Origin: Tubulanus polymorphus
Taxonomy: Eukaryota > Animalia > Nemertea
DNA: 64,000 nt
Direction: 5' to 3'
Assembly: GCF_964204645.1 (NCBI RefSeq)
Contig: NC_134027.1
Location: forward strand, 20,918,560-20,982,559
Shown: piece by piece, positions 42,467-52,169 of the stretch
How positions within the stretch are numbered: the stretch's first letter is position 1
Layout: each line of letters starts with the position of its first letter
Position numbers and translations under genes: made by a program
Notes under the pieces: model-generated
Told to the model about the DNA's origin: nothing
What the model saw: the letters and a program-made list of their open reading frames with translations, nothing else
Database searches by the model: none

Positions 42467-42714
42467 CAACTAGAATTCAACTAGAATGTAATTAGAATTC
42501 AACTAGATTAACAAGCTAGTTGAAATATTGTTGTTTTTGTTTATTTCTTGTTAAATCTAGTTGATTTTTGTTCCAACTACTAACAACTAGAATTCAACTA
42601 GAATGTAACTAGAATTAAACTAGATTAACAAGCTAGTTAAAATTTGATTTTTGTTACAACTACTAATAACTAGAATTCAACTAGAATTCAACTAGATTAA
42701 CAAACTAATTGAAT
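42467..42714. repeat. Internal non-coding array of 11-bp (CAACTAGAATT) units in three blocks
   Basis: Blocks start near 42467, 42584 and 42668. Each ends in AACTAGATTAACAA(G/A)CTA. Confidence 0.9.
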
Positions 42715-43323
42715 TTAAATAAATTCATATTTAAATGGGTGTTGTAATCTAAATAGTAATTTTGATCTTTTAATATTTTTCAACTTATCCATATATTCAT
42801 TATGTAAATCATGTGGAATAATGTCATTTTCCTCAAGTGCATTTTTCATTGATTTTCTATCTTTATTGTAGAATAAAACTAGAAATCTAATGTTTTCTCT
42901 AAAGTCTTTAACAATTGAATTATATTTTTGATTTAAAACCCAAGTTGTTATCCCAAAATGTCTCCCAGAGAAAGCTAAATAACATAACTCACTTTCTCTA
43001 ATTTTAGAATCATGTAAATTTGCGCAATCATCTATGATAAATAATGTATTTGATCCTTTATAAATATCAATTGCTATTTTTATACAATTATCTAAATTTT
43101 CTTTTATTGTTTTAGGATCTAATATAATAAATTTATTATTCCTAGTAATATTTCTATCATAAGTTTGATTAAATTCATATGTTGGACAAAATAATACTAT
43201 ATTATCAAAATAGTTTTTGTAAACAGTTTCTAATAAATTTAATATAAAATAAGTTTTTCCACAATTTGTTACGCCAGAAATTAACATATTATGAGGCTCA
43301 AATATGAATAATTCCTTATTCAT
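42715..43323 (-). CDS. A32/FtsK-HerA-like genome packaging ATPase
   Basis: Walker A SGVTNCGKT, Walker B LFIIDD, GRH arginine motif and downstream Q, as in A32-family ATPases. Confidence 0.9.
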   Translation of the reverse strand: MNKELFIFEPHNMLISGVTNCGKTYFILNLLETVYKNYFDNIVLFCPTYEFNQTYDRNITRNNKFIILDPKTIKENLDNCIKIAIDIYKGSNTLFIIDDCANLHDSKIRESELCYLAFSGRHFGITTWVLNQKYNSIVKDFRENIRFLVLFYNKDRKSMKNALEENDIIPHDLHNEYMDKLKNIKRSKLLFRLQHPFKYEFI

Positions 43324-44451
43324 TTATATATTTTTAATTTTACTTGATAATATCCATTCATTGAATTTATCTGGCCATCCAACCCATTTTACTAAAGAAT
43401 ATTTTTTTCTTTTAACAGTTTTTGTTTTTAGTACTTTTTCAATTTTATATTCTTGTTCTAGATTTTCAGTAGTTAAACTTAATTCTTCTTCATAAAAATA
43501 TCCATCAACTTCTTCACCATCTAAATCTTCTAATTTATAGACATATGGTTTTGTTGTTATTACCTTTTTTATTTTATATATTTCTCTAGTAAAATTTCGA
43601 TCGTATCCTTTGTCAAATATCTTTTTATACTTAGAAATTCTAACATTTTGACCAACTTTAAATTTAGGTTCACCAAAATCATCAACAAGAAATGCTCCAT
43701 ATAAATTATTCCAAACAATTTCAGCATTTTCAGGTTTTCTAGCATCAATAGGTTTCATTCCAATAGAAGAATGATAAGAATTATTATATCCTTCTATAAA
43801 TTTTGGTAAAACATCAATCCATTTATAAGTATTATTTGCTGTAAAATATTTCCACATTCTTGTTCTTAATGTTCTATTAAATCGTTCAACAACTGCTGCT
43901 TTTTTATCTGATTTTGTTGAAAAATATTTAATATTATGAAAATCTAAAAGTCCATGAACTAATGAATTATCAAATTCTTTTCCATCATCAAATTGTATTT
44001 TTTCTGGTTTTAGTTTACCACCTGAAAGAAATTTTCTTAAAACATGTGATGTTTGTGCAGCATCTTTTCTATAAAGTGGGAAGCTCCATACATAACGACT
44101 AAAAATATCAATTATATTCAATATCCACCAATAATCATTATTATCTTTTTTAAGATTTTTCATATCAATTAAATCTCCTTGCCACTGTTGATCTACATAA
44201 CTTACCATAGTTTTACGAGTTTTATATTTTCTAACAATTTTTTTATGTGTTGTATATGTTGGTTGTTCTAACATAAATTCATTTATATCTTTATATTTAA
44301 CTAAATTTTGTGGGATTATCTTATCTAATTTATCTTGTTTTACTTTACGCCATATATTTTTAGTAGAAGAATAAGCAACCGAACTCTCAGGGTTGTAATA
44401 TAAATTTCTTAAATATTGTTCTTTAGTATTAGGAGTTTTTTTACCACTCAT
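43324..44451 (-). CDS. Retroviral-like (rve) DDE integrase with C-terminal chromodomain
   Basis: WQGDL, IDIFSRY, IQFDDGKEF, VVERFNRTL catalytic motifs. The C-terminus YKIEKVL...LVKWVGWPDKFNEWI is chromodomain-like. Confidence 0.95.
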   Translation of the reverse strand: MSGKKTPNTKEQYLRNLYYNPESSVAYSSTKNIWRKVKQDKLDKIIPQNLVKYKDINEFMLEQPTYTTHKKIVRKYKTRKTMVSYVDQQWQGDLIDMKNLKKDNNDYWWILNIIDIFSRYVWSFPLYRKDAAQTSHVLRKFLSGGKLKPEKIQFDDGKEFDNSLVHGLLDFHNIKYFSTKSDKKAAVVERFNRTLRTRMWKYFTANNTYKWIDVLPKFIEGYNNSYHSSIGMKPIDARKPENAEIVWNNLYGAFLVDDFGEPKFKVGQNVRISKYKKIFDKGYDRNFTREIYKIKKVITTKPYVYKLEDLDGEEVDGYFYEEELSLTTENLEQEYKIEKVLKTKTVKRKKYSLVKWVGWPDKFNEWILSSKIKNI

Positions 44452-44481
44452 TTATATATCCTTAATTTTAACTTTATATTT

Positions 44482-45729
44482 CTAATATTGAATACTATCT
44501 AATTGTGAATTTACAATATTTAATTGTGCGTCAGATATAATATAAATGTGCATTTTAAAATTTTTGATTCCTTTATTCTTTTTCATGAATAATTGTATTC
44601 CATCTTTAGTGTTCTGTAGTTTTTTTCCAGAACCATGTAATAAGTTATCTTCAGTTGTTCTAAAATCTAACCATAATGCATATTTATTACCGGTATAATA
44701 ATCAATTTGATTAATGTTACAATTTTCAGATGATTTCACTTTTTCATTCATAAAATGTTTTCTAATTTCTGGCCATTGATCAATCATTCTCATTCCTTGA
44801 CAAAATATTTTATTCGCTATTCCTTCGATAGTTATTTCTACTTTTGTTATTTCAGGATTATAATAATTATCAACATTTATTGCACCATTAGAATATGTTG
44901 CAATAGTAAAAAATATTAATATACCTTTAATAGATCTTCTAGGAAAGTTAATATTCTCATTAATTATTTCATCATTTGCATTAATAGTTACAGTTTTAAA
45001 TTTATCAATATAATCATATAATAATGAAAATCCTTGATTGTATTGAGTTTGAATTGTGCTAGCAATATTTTCATTAGTTATTGTGTTATATTCTAAACAT
45101 ATATTCGATAATTTATAACTCATATCTTTAACAACGCTAGATAATACAATTTCATTTACAGGAGCAAATGTTATCTCAAATATAATATCTTCTTGAATTG
45201 CGTATTTATATAAAGGTGCATTATTATTTATCAATTCAAAGTCTAATGGAATTTTATATTTGCTTCCATAAATCTTTTTAATCAAATTATCTGTGGCACG
45301 AGTTACTACTGCATTATTGGCTTCAGATCTTAATTTATTATGGTTTTCCGATTGGATGCCTTGAAATATCATATTATTTCTATTTTCTTTAGTTAACCAT
45401 AAATCTTTATAATGCATAAATAAATTATAATCATCTAATGAGAAAACTGTTTCTGGACCAATCTTTATTGTTAACTTTTTAATCAAATATCTTCCAACAT
45501 TATCAACAACATAATTGTTATCATGGCCAGTTACTTTTATATCGGCTGATAAATAAATACTGTTTGGAACATAAAAAGTATTTTGTGTTAATCGAGGGAT
45601 TCTAACATATAAAGTTTCATCGGGATTAATATTTGAAGGGTTATGAGTAATTATATGATGTGATCTTTCTGCTTTAAAAGCATTAGATATTCTATGATTC
45701 TTCGAAGGACTTATATAACTCCCACTCAT
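44482..45729 (-). CDS. Probable double jelly-roll major capsid protein (415 aa)
   Basis: Size, beta-strand-like alternation, N-terminal NPSNINPDETLYVRIP / LIKKLTIKIG / YKIPLDF pattern resembling Polinton/PLV capsids, and genomic context. The fold is inferred, not computed. Confidence 0.7.
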   Translation of the reverse strand: MSGSYISPSKNHRISNAFKAERSHHIITHNPSNINPDETLYVRIPRLTQNTFYVPNSIYLSADIKVTGHDNNYVVDNVGRYLIKKLTIKIGPETVFSLDDYNLFMHYKDLWLTKENRNNMIFQGIQSENHNKLRSEANNAVVTRATDNLIKKIYGSKYKIPLDFELINNNAPLYKYAIQEDIIFEITFAPVNEIVLSSVVKDMSYKLSNICLEYNTITNENIASTIQTQYNQGFSLLYDYIDKFKTVTINANDEIINENINFPRRSIKGILIFFTIATYSNGAINVDNYYNPEITKVEITIEGIANKIFCQGMRMIDQWPEIRKHFMNEKVKSSENCNINQIDYYTGNKYALWLDFRTTEDNLLHGSGKKLQNTKDGIQLFMKKNKGIKNFKMHIYIISDAQLNIVNSQLDSIQY

Positions 45730-45773
45730 TTATTTAACAAAAAAATTAATTATTTATTTTTTGATATCATGGT

Positions 45774-47210
45774 TTACTTGATATTTTTTGATATCATATT
45801 TACTAAACCAAAAATAATAGCACTTACAACTGTAATTAAAAATAAAATAATATGTTCAGCAGCAAAGTTGATAATGTTTCCTGCAGATTTCAATATAAAA
45901 CCAACAATTGAAGCAATAACTCCTGGTAAAGCTGCAGCAGATTTCTTTGATAGTTCCCATAAATATTTTGCTAATTTCTTTAAACCATCCTTAACTTTAT
46001 CTTGTATAGAATTATTACCTGGAGGTTTATCTGGTTTGTTAGGAGTGGGAGTAGGAGTAGATTTCAAAGCATTTGATATAGCTAAACCTATTGTTGTAAA
46101 TAACATAGTAACAGATGTTAGAATTGAAAGAATTGTTATTCCTTCTAATTTAAATAATAATTTTATTCTGTCTTTCAATGATATTTTAGAATCTGGTTTT
46201 ATCAACAAATCTTTAAAAATAACTTTTAATCTATTAATATTATAATCATATGATTTTAACAATAATTTAATTTCTTCTTTTTGTAATTCTATGTTATATT
46301 CTAAATCATCTTTTTCTTTTTCTAAACGTAATTCTTTTTGCCTATATTCTATTTCATCAATTACTTGATGATCTAAATCAGACTTTAGTTGTTCTATTTC
46401 TTTATTTTTATCAGTTAATTCTTTTTCTAAAGTTCTAATTTTAAAATCTCTTATACTTTTATTATGTGCAATTTTATCAGATGCAAGTCTTATACTAATA
46501 ATTTCTCTAATTGCTTTATCAGAAAATATATTTAAATCTTCTAATTGTTGATTTGTTGCATCAAGTAATCCATTTGGTAAAAGTTTTACAGTTTGAACTT
46601 TATTTGATTTAAGTTTACTATTTTTGGAAGTTATATTCTGTTCAGAAGTTGTTTCTGTTTCTAAATTTTCATTAATTATCTTAAAAAATTTAGCATTTCT
46701 TTGTTTAAATTCTTTTATATTATAATCTCTTTCTTCTTGTGTAACATCAATTATAGCATCATTTTTTATTTTCTTAATTCTAGATTGTTCTAATAAATTA
46801 AAAGTTGATTGTGTTATTATTTTATCACTATTTTTAAGATTTGAAATCTTAAAATAATAGTCGCCTTTCAATTTCCAATAATATTCACCATTTAAAAATT
46901 TTAAATCTTCTACTAAATGATCCATACCTTTATTTGTTATATTGAAACCAGATTTTTCTAATATTGGTTTAAATTTATGAATAATTTCATTATAATTGTA
47001 TTCTTTTTCTGTTATTTCTGGTACTTCATTTTCAATACTTATCTTTGAACGTGCTTTGTCAATAAATTGGGGTGTAGTTAAATTAGAATTATATGCTGAT
47101 TCATTACCATCATTAAAACTTGTTTCATCAAAATCAGGTGGTTGTTCATCAGTTATACCAGGTTCATCAAAAGGATCCATTCCAATATCTTCTACACCTT
47201 CTACATCCAT
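45774..47210 (-). CDS. Coiled-coil protein with C-terminal membrane segments (478 aa)
   Basis: Acidic N-terminus, EK-rich heptad region, hydrophobic GITILSILTSVTMLFTTIGLAI and IILFLITVVSAIIFGLV. Confidence 0.8.
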   Translation of the reverse strand: MDVEGVEDIGMDPFDEPGITDEQPPDFDETSFNDGNESAYNSNLTTPQFIDKARSKISIENEVPEITEKEYNYNEIIHKFKPILEKSGFNITNKGMDHLVEDLKFLNGEYYWKLKGDYYFKISNLKNSDKIITQSTFNLLEQSRIKKIKNDAIIDVTQEERDYNIKEFKQRNAKFFKIINENLETETTSEQNITSKNSKLKSNKVQTVKLLPNGLLDATNQQLEDLNIFSDKAIREIISIRLASDKIAHNKSIRDFKIRTLEKELTDKNKEIEQLKSDLDHQVIDEIEYRQKELRLEKEKDDLEYNIELQKEEIKLLLKSYDYNINRLKVIFKDLLIKPDSKISLKDRIKLLFKLEGITILSILTSVTMLFTTIGLAISNALKSTPTPTPNKPDKPPGNNSIQDKVKDGLKKLAKYLWELSKKSAAALPGVIASIVGFILKSAGNIINFAAEHIILFLITVVSAIIFGLVNMISKNIK

Positions 47211-47226
47211 TTATATAATAATAAAA

Positions 47227-48528
47227 TTAAAATTTAAAATATAATATTCCTCCGATTACAATTCCTATACAAGTTATAGCTAATTTAGTATTTTCATGGG
47301 ATTTATTATCATCATTTAGTTTAATTATATCATGTTGAATATTATCAGTTCTATTATTTTCTGATGTATTATAATCTTTTATTTTAGAATCATTATTTAA
47401 TTTAATATTCTTAGTTTTAGTTTCTGTTGATTGAATGTGTTTTTTATTTTTTTCACCTTCCATTAATTTTGGAGCAGTAATAATCTTTTTATTTATATCA
47501 TTCAATCCAAATGAATTATTTATTGTTGCAGTTTTAATTAGATTATTATAACCAATTATATTTCCCATCTTCAATACTAAATCATTAGAAATAATTAATA
47601 GATTAGGGCCTATACAATAATTAAGTCTTACATGAGATTTATCTAAATATTTTTGATATCTTATAATGTTTTCTGGAATCGATCTATTTTTATCATTATG
47701 TATGGAATCTTCAAATAAAACTTTAAACTGTTTCTGCGCATCGAATGAAGTGTTATCATTTCCAATTATTGGGGATCTTGTTTCAACTTGAGCGCCTAAA
47801 ATACATATCAAATAAATTCTAATAGATTGATTTATTCTTTGTATACCTGATTTTGTAAAACCTTCACCATTTTCTAAAATGAAATTAACCCAACCATTAT
47901 TATTATCAATTTTATAATTATGATAAGCTCCAATTCTATGCATATAATCAATTCTTTTTATTTCATACTGTTCACCGACACCTTGCAATTTACCATGCGC
48001 TCTAAAATCGGAATTAATATTTATATTAAATTCATTACATATTTTATAAAACTTGGATATATTAATATTATTATCCAATTCTTTAAAATATTTAGACCCG
48101 GGTAAAGGACATTCTAATTCATTTAATATTATTCTGATTTGAAAATATGTGTGAAATCTAAATATTGTGTGAATTAATTTTAAATCAGAATACTTCAAAT
48201 TTTTATCTAAGTTATTTAAATGATCATTCCAACTAATTCCACATCCTGTTGTTGCACAATAAACAGCAAAATTTAATTGATTCTGCCAATATTTCATATT
48301 AGATTTTACTTTATATATATGATATTCATCTCGAGTAAAAGTAACTTCATATGTATTAAATATATTTTCCATTTTAGAAATAAAAAACTGTGATTCATTA
48401 ACATAAATTTCTAAATTAGTTAATGAATTTAAAACTATATTTTTATATGTAATATTTTTCTTAAAATCTATTGCTGGAATATTATATTTAATTGATTTAT
48501 TATATTGGAAAGCTTTTGGAAACCCCAT
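47227..48528 (-). CDS. Polinton protein of unknown function with C-terminal membrane anchor (433 aa)
   Basis: TAAATG start, WQNQLNFAVYCATTGCG core, terminal LAITCIGIVIGGILYF. Confidence 0.8.
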   Translation of the reverse strand: MGFPKAFQYNKSIKYNIPAIDFKKNITYKNIVLNSLTNLEIYVNESQFFISKMENIFNTYEVTFTRDEYHIYKVKSNMKYWQNQLNFAVYCATTGCGISWNDHLNNLDKNLKYSDLKLIHTIFRFHTYFQIRIILNELECPLPGSKYFKELDNNINISKFYKICNEFNININSDFRAHGKLQGVGEQYEIKRIDYMHRIGAYHNYKIDNNNGWVNFILENGEGFTKSGIQRINQSIRIYLICILGAQVETRSPIIGNDNTSFDAQKQFKVLFEDSIHNDKNRSIPENIIRYQKYLDKSHVRLNYCIGPNLLIISNDLVLKMGNIIGYNNLIKTATINNSFGLNDINKKIITAPKLMEGEKNKKHIQSTETKTKNIKLNNDSKIKDYNTSENNRTDNIQHDIIKLNDDNKSHENTKLAITCIGIVIGGILYFKF

Positions 48529-48544
48529 TTATATAACTAAAAAA

Positions 48545-48979
48545 TTAATAATTTATTAATTCTTTTAATAATTTATCTTGTTCTTCAACTGTTATATGAC
48601 CATTTAAACTTATTATATAATCTAGTGTGTTCTTTAATTTATTAATTTCTTTTATATTAGTTTTAATTTTTTCTTTATTACTTTTTATATTTAATTTTGA
48701 ACTTATACCAGTTAAAACACTTGAACTTAATCCTTACACACCAATTGATATAGCTAAAGGTGTTAATGGACTGAATATTGCTAGAAATGTTATTACAGAA
48801 CTAATTGTAACCGAACCACTTATAATCAAATAATATATAATTTTACTTTTTAAATATTTTTTCTTTTTTATCTTTAAGTCACTTTCAAATTCTAATATTT
48901 GTTTTTCTAAATATGTTTTTAATTTAGTTTTATTTATATCATGAGGAATAATATCAATACTATCAACTTTATCTTCCAT
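48545..48979 (-). pseudogene. Two-TM membrane protein gene with one in-frame TAA (48734-48736)
   Basis: The frame continues past the stop (GLSSSVLTGISSKL...) to TAA at 48545, which is the first triplet of the next gene's upstream motif. Confidence 0.75.
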
Positions 48980-48998
48980 TTATTTAGAATAAAAATTA

Positions 48999-49421
48999 CT
49001 AATTAGTAAACTTATAAGCAACAAATATAACAATAATAGTTCCACCTAAAATCCAAATTATTTCATATTTCTGTTGTTCTTTACTCGGGGTATAATAATC
49101 TGATAATTTAGGTTTGTATAGATTTAATTTTTCTTTATTTGTTACTGCGTTATATAAACTCATTGCATCATCAACTGATTGAAAATCTCTATGTGAAATC
49201 TTCTGATCATATAATTCTTTATTGATGTAATCCATATAGTTTTGTCTCTTTTCTCTATATTCTTCTGCAGCTTTATTGTATTTCTCTAACGCTAAGTTAT
49301 GTCTTCTTTGTTCTCCTAATGAACTATTTTTATCAATATGTTTAAATAAATAACCACCACCAGTAAATGCTAAAGCGTTAACAATTGCCGATCCTATAAT
49401 AGTTATAATTGCAGAAGCCAT
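48999..49421 (-). CDS. Polinton membrane protein (140 aa), hydrophobic at both ends
   Basis: MASAIITIIGSAIVNALAFTGGGYLF ... IIWILGGTIIVIFVAY; TAAATG start. Confidence 0.8.
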   Translation of the reverse strand: MASAIITIIGSAIVNALAFTGGGYLFKHIDKNSSLGEQRRHNLALEKYNKAAEEYREKRQNYMDYINKELYDQKISHRDFQSVDDAMSLYNAVTNKEKLNLYKPKLSDYYTPSKEQQKYEIIWILGGTIIVIFVAYKFTN

Positions 49422-49445
49422 TTATTTAACAAAAAAATTATGCAT

Positions 49446-49667
49446 TTATATGGGAGGAATATATTTTTGTTTTTCCAAATAATCAATAGTTAAATTGGAT
49501 AAAGTAACTGCTAATGTTAATTTTAGAATATCATTTATATCAAATCTATCAACATTAACACTTCCCATTTTGAATACTTTTTTTAATACCATTGAATAAC
49601 CAACAGTTCCAACTGATAGTAATGCGCCATTATATAATCCAGTTATTATCCACTTATTATCACTCAT
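49446..49667 (-). CDS. Small hydrophobic Polinton protein (73 aa)
   Basis: TAAATG start overlapping the upstream stop codon; two hydrophobic stretches. Confidence 0.7.
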   Translation of the reverse strand: MSDNKWIITGLYNGALLSVGTVGYSMVLKKVFKMGSVNVDRFDINDILKLTLAVTLSNLTIDYLEKQKYIPPI

Positions 49668-50027
49668 TTATTTATCAAAAAAATTACTATCATCAAAATA
49701 TTTAGTTAACTTATTTATGATTAATTCAACATTTATTTCATTACTAGTTTTATGATTATCATATATTTCGGTTAATATGTTTTTAATATCATCGATGATA
49801 AAATCTTCATCTAATTCATAAAATCTTAAAGATTCTCTAATTAAATTAGTAATCTTTTCTACATTTAAAATTTCTTTATCTATTGTTGTTTCATACTCAA
49901 ATGTTGTTTCATTAGAAAATGTAATATTTTTGATATGTGTTATTACATCATTAATGTTAAATTTCATTTCTTTCTCACGTTTAAAATCAAATCCAAAACA
50001 TATACTCGGTCCAACAGTTATATTCAT
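49668..50027 (-). CDS. Polinton protein of unknown function (119 aa)
   Basis: TAAATG start with the full upstream motif; acidic, no motif recognised. Confidence 0.7.
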   Translation of the reverse strand: MNITVGPSICFGFDFKREKEMKFNINDVITHIKNITFSNETTFEYETTIDKEILNVEKITNLIRESLRFYELDEDFIIDDIKNILTEIYDNHKTSNEINVELIINKLTKYFDDSNFFDK

Positions 50028-50043
50028 TTATAAAGGTGAAAAA

Positions 50044-50802
50044 TTACTCTTTACATCTTATAACTAATTCATAAATTACAGGAAAGTTATTCAAATCAAT
50101 TAAATAACCATTATGATTTCTTATTTCTAATTTAAAATTATTGAAATGTGGAATACAAGGTTTGAAATCACATTCGGTTAAATTATAATTTATTTGCGTT
50201 CCAAATTGTTTGACATTTTTTAATGGTAAAATATTTAATAAACCAGAATTACAAATTGTATCTTTAGTTGCTTCAAATGTTTTTGTAGGATCGATTAAAT
50301 TGCAATAAATATAAAAGTGTGTAAAAGGTATTATATTTGAGTTACCTTCTGCGTATGCTGTAACGGTATCTGGTGCAATTCCTAACAGTTTAGCTAAAGG
50401 TTTTCTTATTGTAAATTTAAATTGTTCGTCATTAGCTAACCTAATCTTTATTTTATTAGAACTAGCACTTTTTAAAATTCTAATACTAAATCCGGAATCA
50501 CTTCCTAATTTAGCTCGAGCTTTTCTATTAATTTCTTGTGTTAATGTATCTAAATTATATAATCCTGGTTTTAAATATATAAAAAACCATTTATTCCTTT
50601 TTTTGTAAAAGATTGAAAAAATTAAATGTTCTAGACTTTTATCCGATATATTATAAAAAGAATTACATAAACTTATATTAACTAATTTTAAATCTACACA
50701 ATTCTTGAATTCTCTATCTAATTGTACTAGTAAATTATGAGATTTATAATTTGTAAGTTTTCTAGAATCAATAAATATTCTGTATTCTTTTAATTCTACC
50801 AT
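50044..50802 (-). CDS. Probable minor capsid (penton, single jelly-roll) protein (252 aa)
   Basis: IFIDS start, SFYNI, PGLYN, FYIYCNLI and terminal IRNHNGYLIDLNN..V.YEL pattern typical of Polinton/virophage pentons. Confidence 0.7.
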   Translation of the reverse strand: MVELKEYRIFIDSRKLTNYKSHNLLVQLDREFKNCVDLKLVNISLCNSFYNISDKSLEHLIFSIFYKKRNKWFFIYLKPGLYNLDTLTQEINRKARAKLGSDSGFSIRILKSASSNKIKIRLANDEQFKFTIRKPLAKLLGIAPDTVTAYAEGNSNIIPFTHFYIYCNLIDPTKTFEATKDTICNSGLLNILPLKNVKQFGTQINYNLTECDFKPCIPHFNNFKLEIRNHNGYLIDLNNFPVIYELVIRCKE

Positions 50803-50870
50803 TATTTATAACATAAAAAAATTACCGCTCATCACTAAAAATTAATTTTAATAAAATTTTTCCTTAATAA

Positions 50871-52169
50871 ATGGATGAGAAGATAGCATGCGAAATTTGT
50901 GGTGAACTTCTAAGAAAAAGTAATAAGGCTCGACATATGAAAAAACATGATGAAAATTATAAACCCCCTAAAATAAACTGTCCAAAATGTAATAAATTAT
51001 TCTCAAGAAATTATGTTAAAAAACATTCAGAGAAGTGTAGAATTAATGGTGCAACGGCTAATGTTGATAGTAATTCTGCTGAAGTTGAACCTGAAGTTAT
51101 TTGGAAAAGACCTTTCTTATTCTATGATAAGGATAATATAAAAGATCATTTCTGTGAGCCTTGTCAAGTAAAATATAGCCCTGAAAATATAGAAGATTGG
51201 GAGAATCATCAATTTCGTAAAGCACATATAGATAAAATTTCTAATAAATTTGAAACTGAATTCAATGAAAGAAAAAATAATTTATTAGAAAAAATAAAAT
51301 ATGAGAAAACGTTACCAGATAATAAAGAAACAGTTGAAAAGTTAGAAAAACAATATAATGAATTAACAAGAAAAACATATTATTGTAAATATTGTAAATT
51401 GATTATTACAACAAGTAATTCAAATCTACATAATAGAACAATAAAACATAAAGAAAACGTAAGAAAATACCAAGAGCTTAATGAAGATCTATTACCAAGA
51501 AATTATAAACAAAAATGCCCACAATGTAGTTATGCGACCTTAAGGCAAGAAGGTACTGTGTTATTTTGTGTTGAATGTGGATGGCAAAAGAATTTATGGG
51601 GTGAAGAAAAAACTAGAGATTTTCTCATAGAACCAAAATTAAATTATCTAGATGAAATTTTTAAAATATTTTCTATAGAAGATCATACACCAGAATATAT
51701 GCAATGGCTTGAAAAAATGAAAATAATAGAAAATAAAAATGGTGAAATAACTAAAAAAGATATTATAAAAACAATTATTCCACCAACATTTAACACAAAA
51801 CAAAAGAAAATGTATTTATATTTATTATTTAACGATTATTATGAAAAACCTAAATTAACAGAAGAAGATATGGAAAATATAAAAAAAATATTTAAACAAA
51901 TATTAATGTATCATTTGGAAAATAGAATAACAGATTCAATAAATTATGAATTCTTTTTAAATAAGATTGTAAATTATTTAAACCTAGATATTATAATTCC
52001 ATTTGATGAATTAACAAACAAAAAGAAACAAAGAGAGCGAGATGAAATGTGGAACAAGATAGAACTTTATTTAAATGAGAAAAATGGAATGGAAGAAGAA
52101 CCTGAACAATTAAATGAAAATGAAGAAGCCAATAGTGATTTCGAGTTTGATGATATAGATCCATTTTAA
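50871..52169 (+). CDS. Zinc-finger protein with C-terminal poxvirus/NCLDV late transcription factor VLTF3-like domain (432 aa)
   Basis: Four N-terminal C2H2-like fingers and a Zn ribbon CPQC...CVECG. The tail SINYEFFLNKIVNYL...LTNKKKQRERDEMWNKI resembles VLTF3 C-termini. Confidence 0.7.
   Translation: MDEKIACEICGELLRKSNKARHMKKHDENYKPPKINCPKCNKLFSRNYVKKHSEKCRINGATANVDSNSAEVEPEVIWKRPFLFYDKDNIKDHFCEPCQVKYSPENIEDWENHQFRKAHIDKISNKFETEFNERKNNLLEKIKYEKTLPDNKETVEKLEKQYNELTRKTYYCKYCKLIITTSNSNLHNRTIKHKENVRKYQELNEDLLPRNYKQKCPQCSYATLRQEGTVLFCVECGWQKNLWGEEKTRDFLIEPKLNYLDEIFKIFSIEDHTPEYMQWLEKMKIIENKNGEITKKDIIKTIIPPTFNTKQKKMYLYLLFNDYYEKPKLTEEDMENIKKIFKQILMYHLENRITDSINYEFFLNKIVNYLNLDIIIPFDELTNKKKQRERDEMWNKIELYLNEKNGMEEEPEQLNENEEANSDFEFDDIDPF

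Noticed and set aside
45694-46245. 183-aa + strand ORF and other short antisense ORFs inside the Polinton
   Set aside because: Shadows of the - strand genes. They lack the TAAATG start used by the real ORFs.
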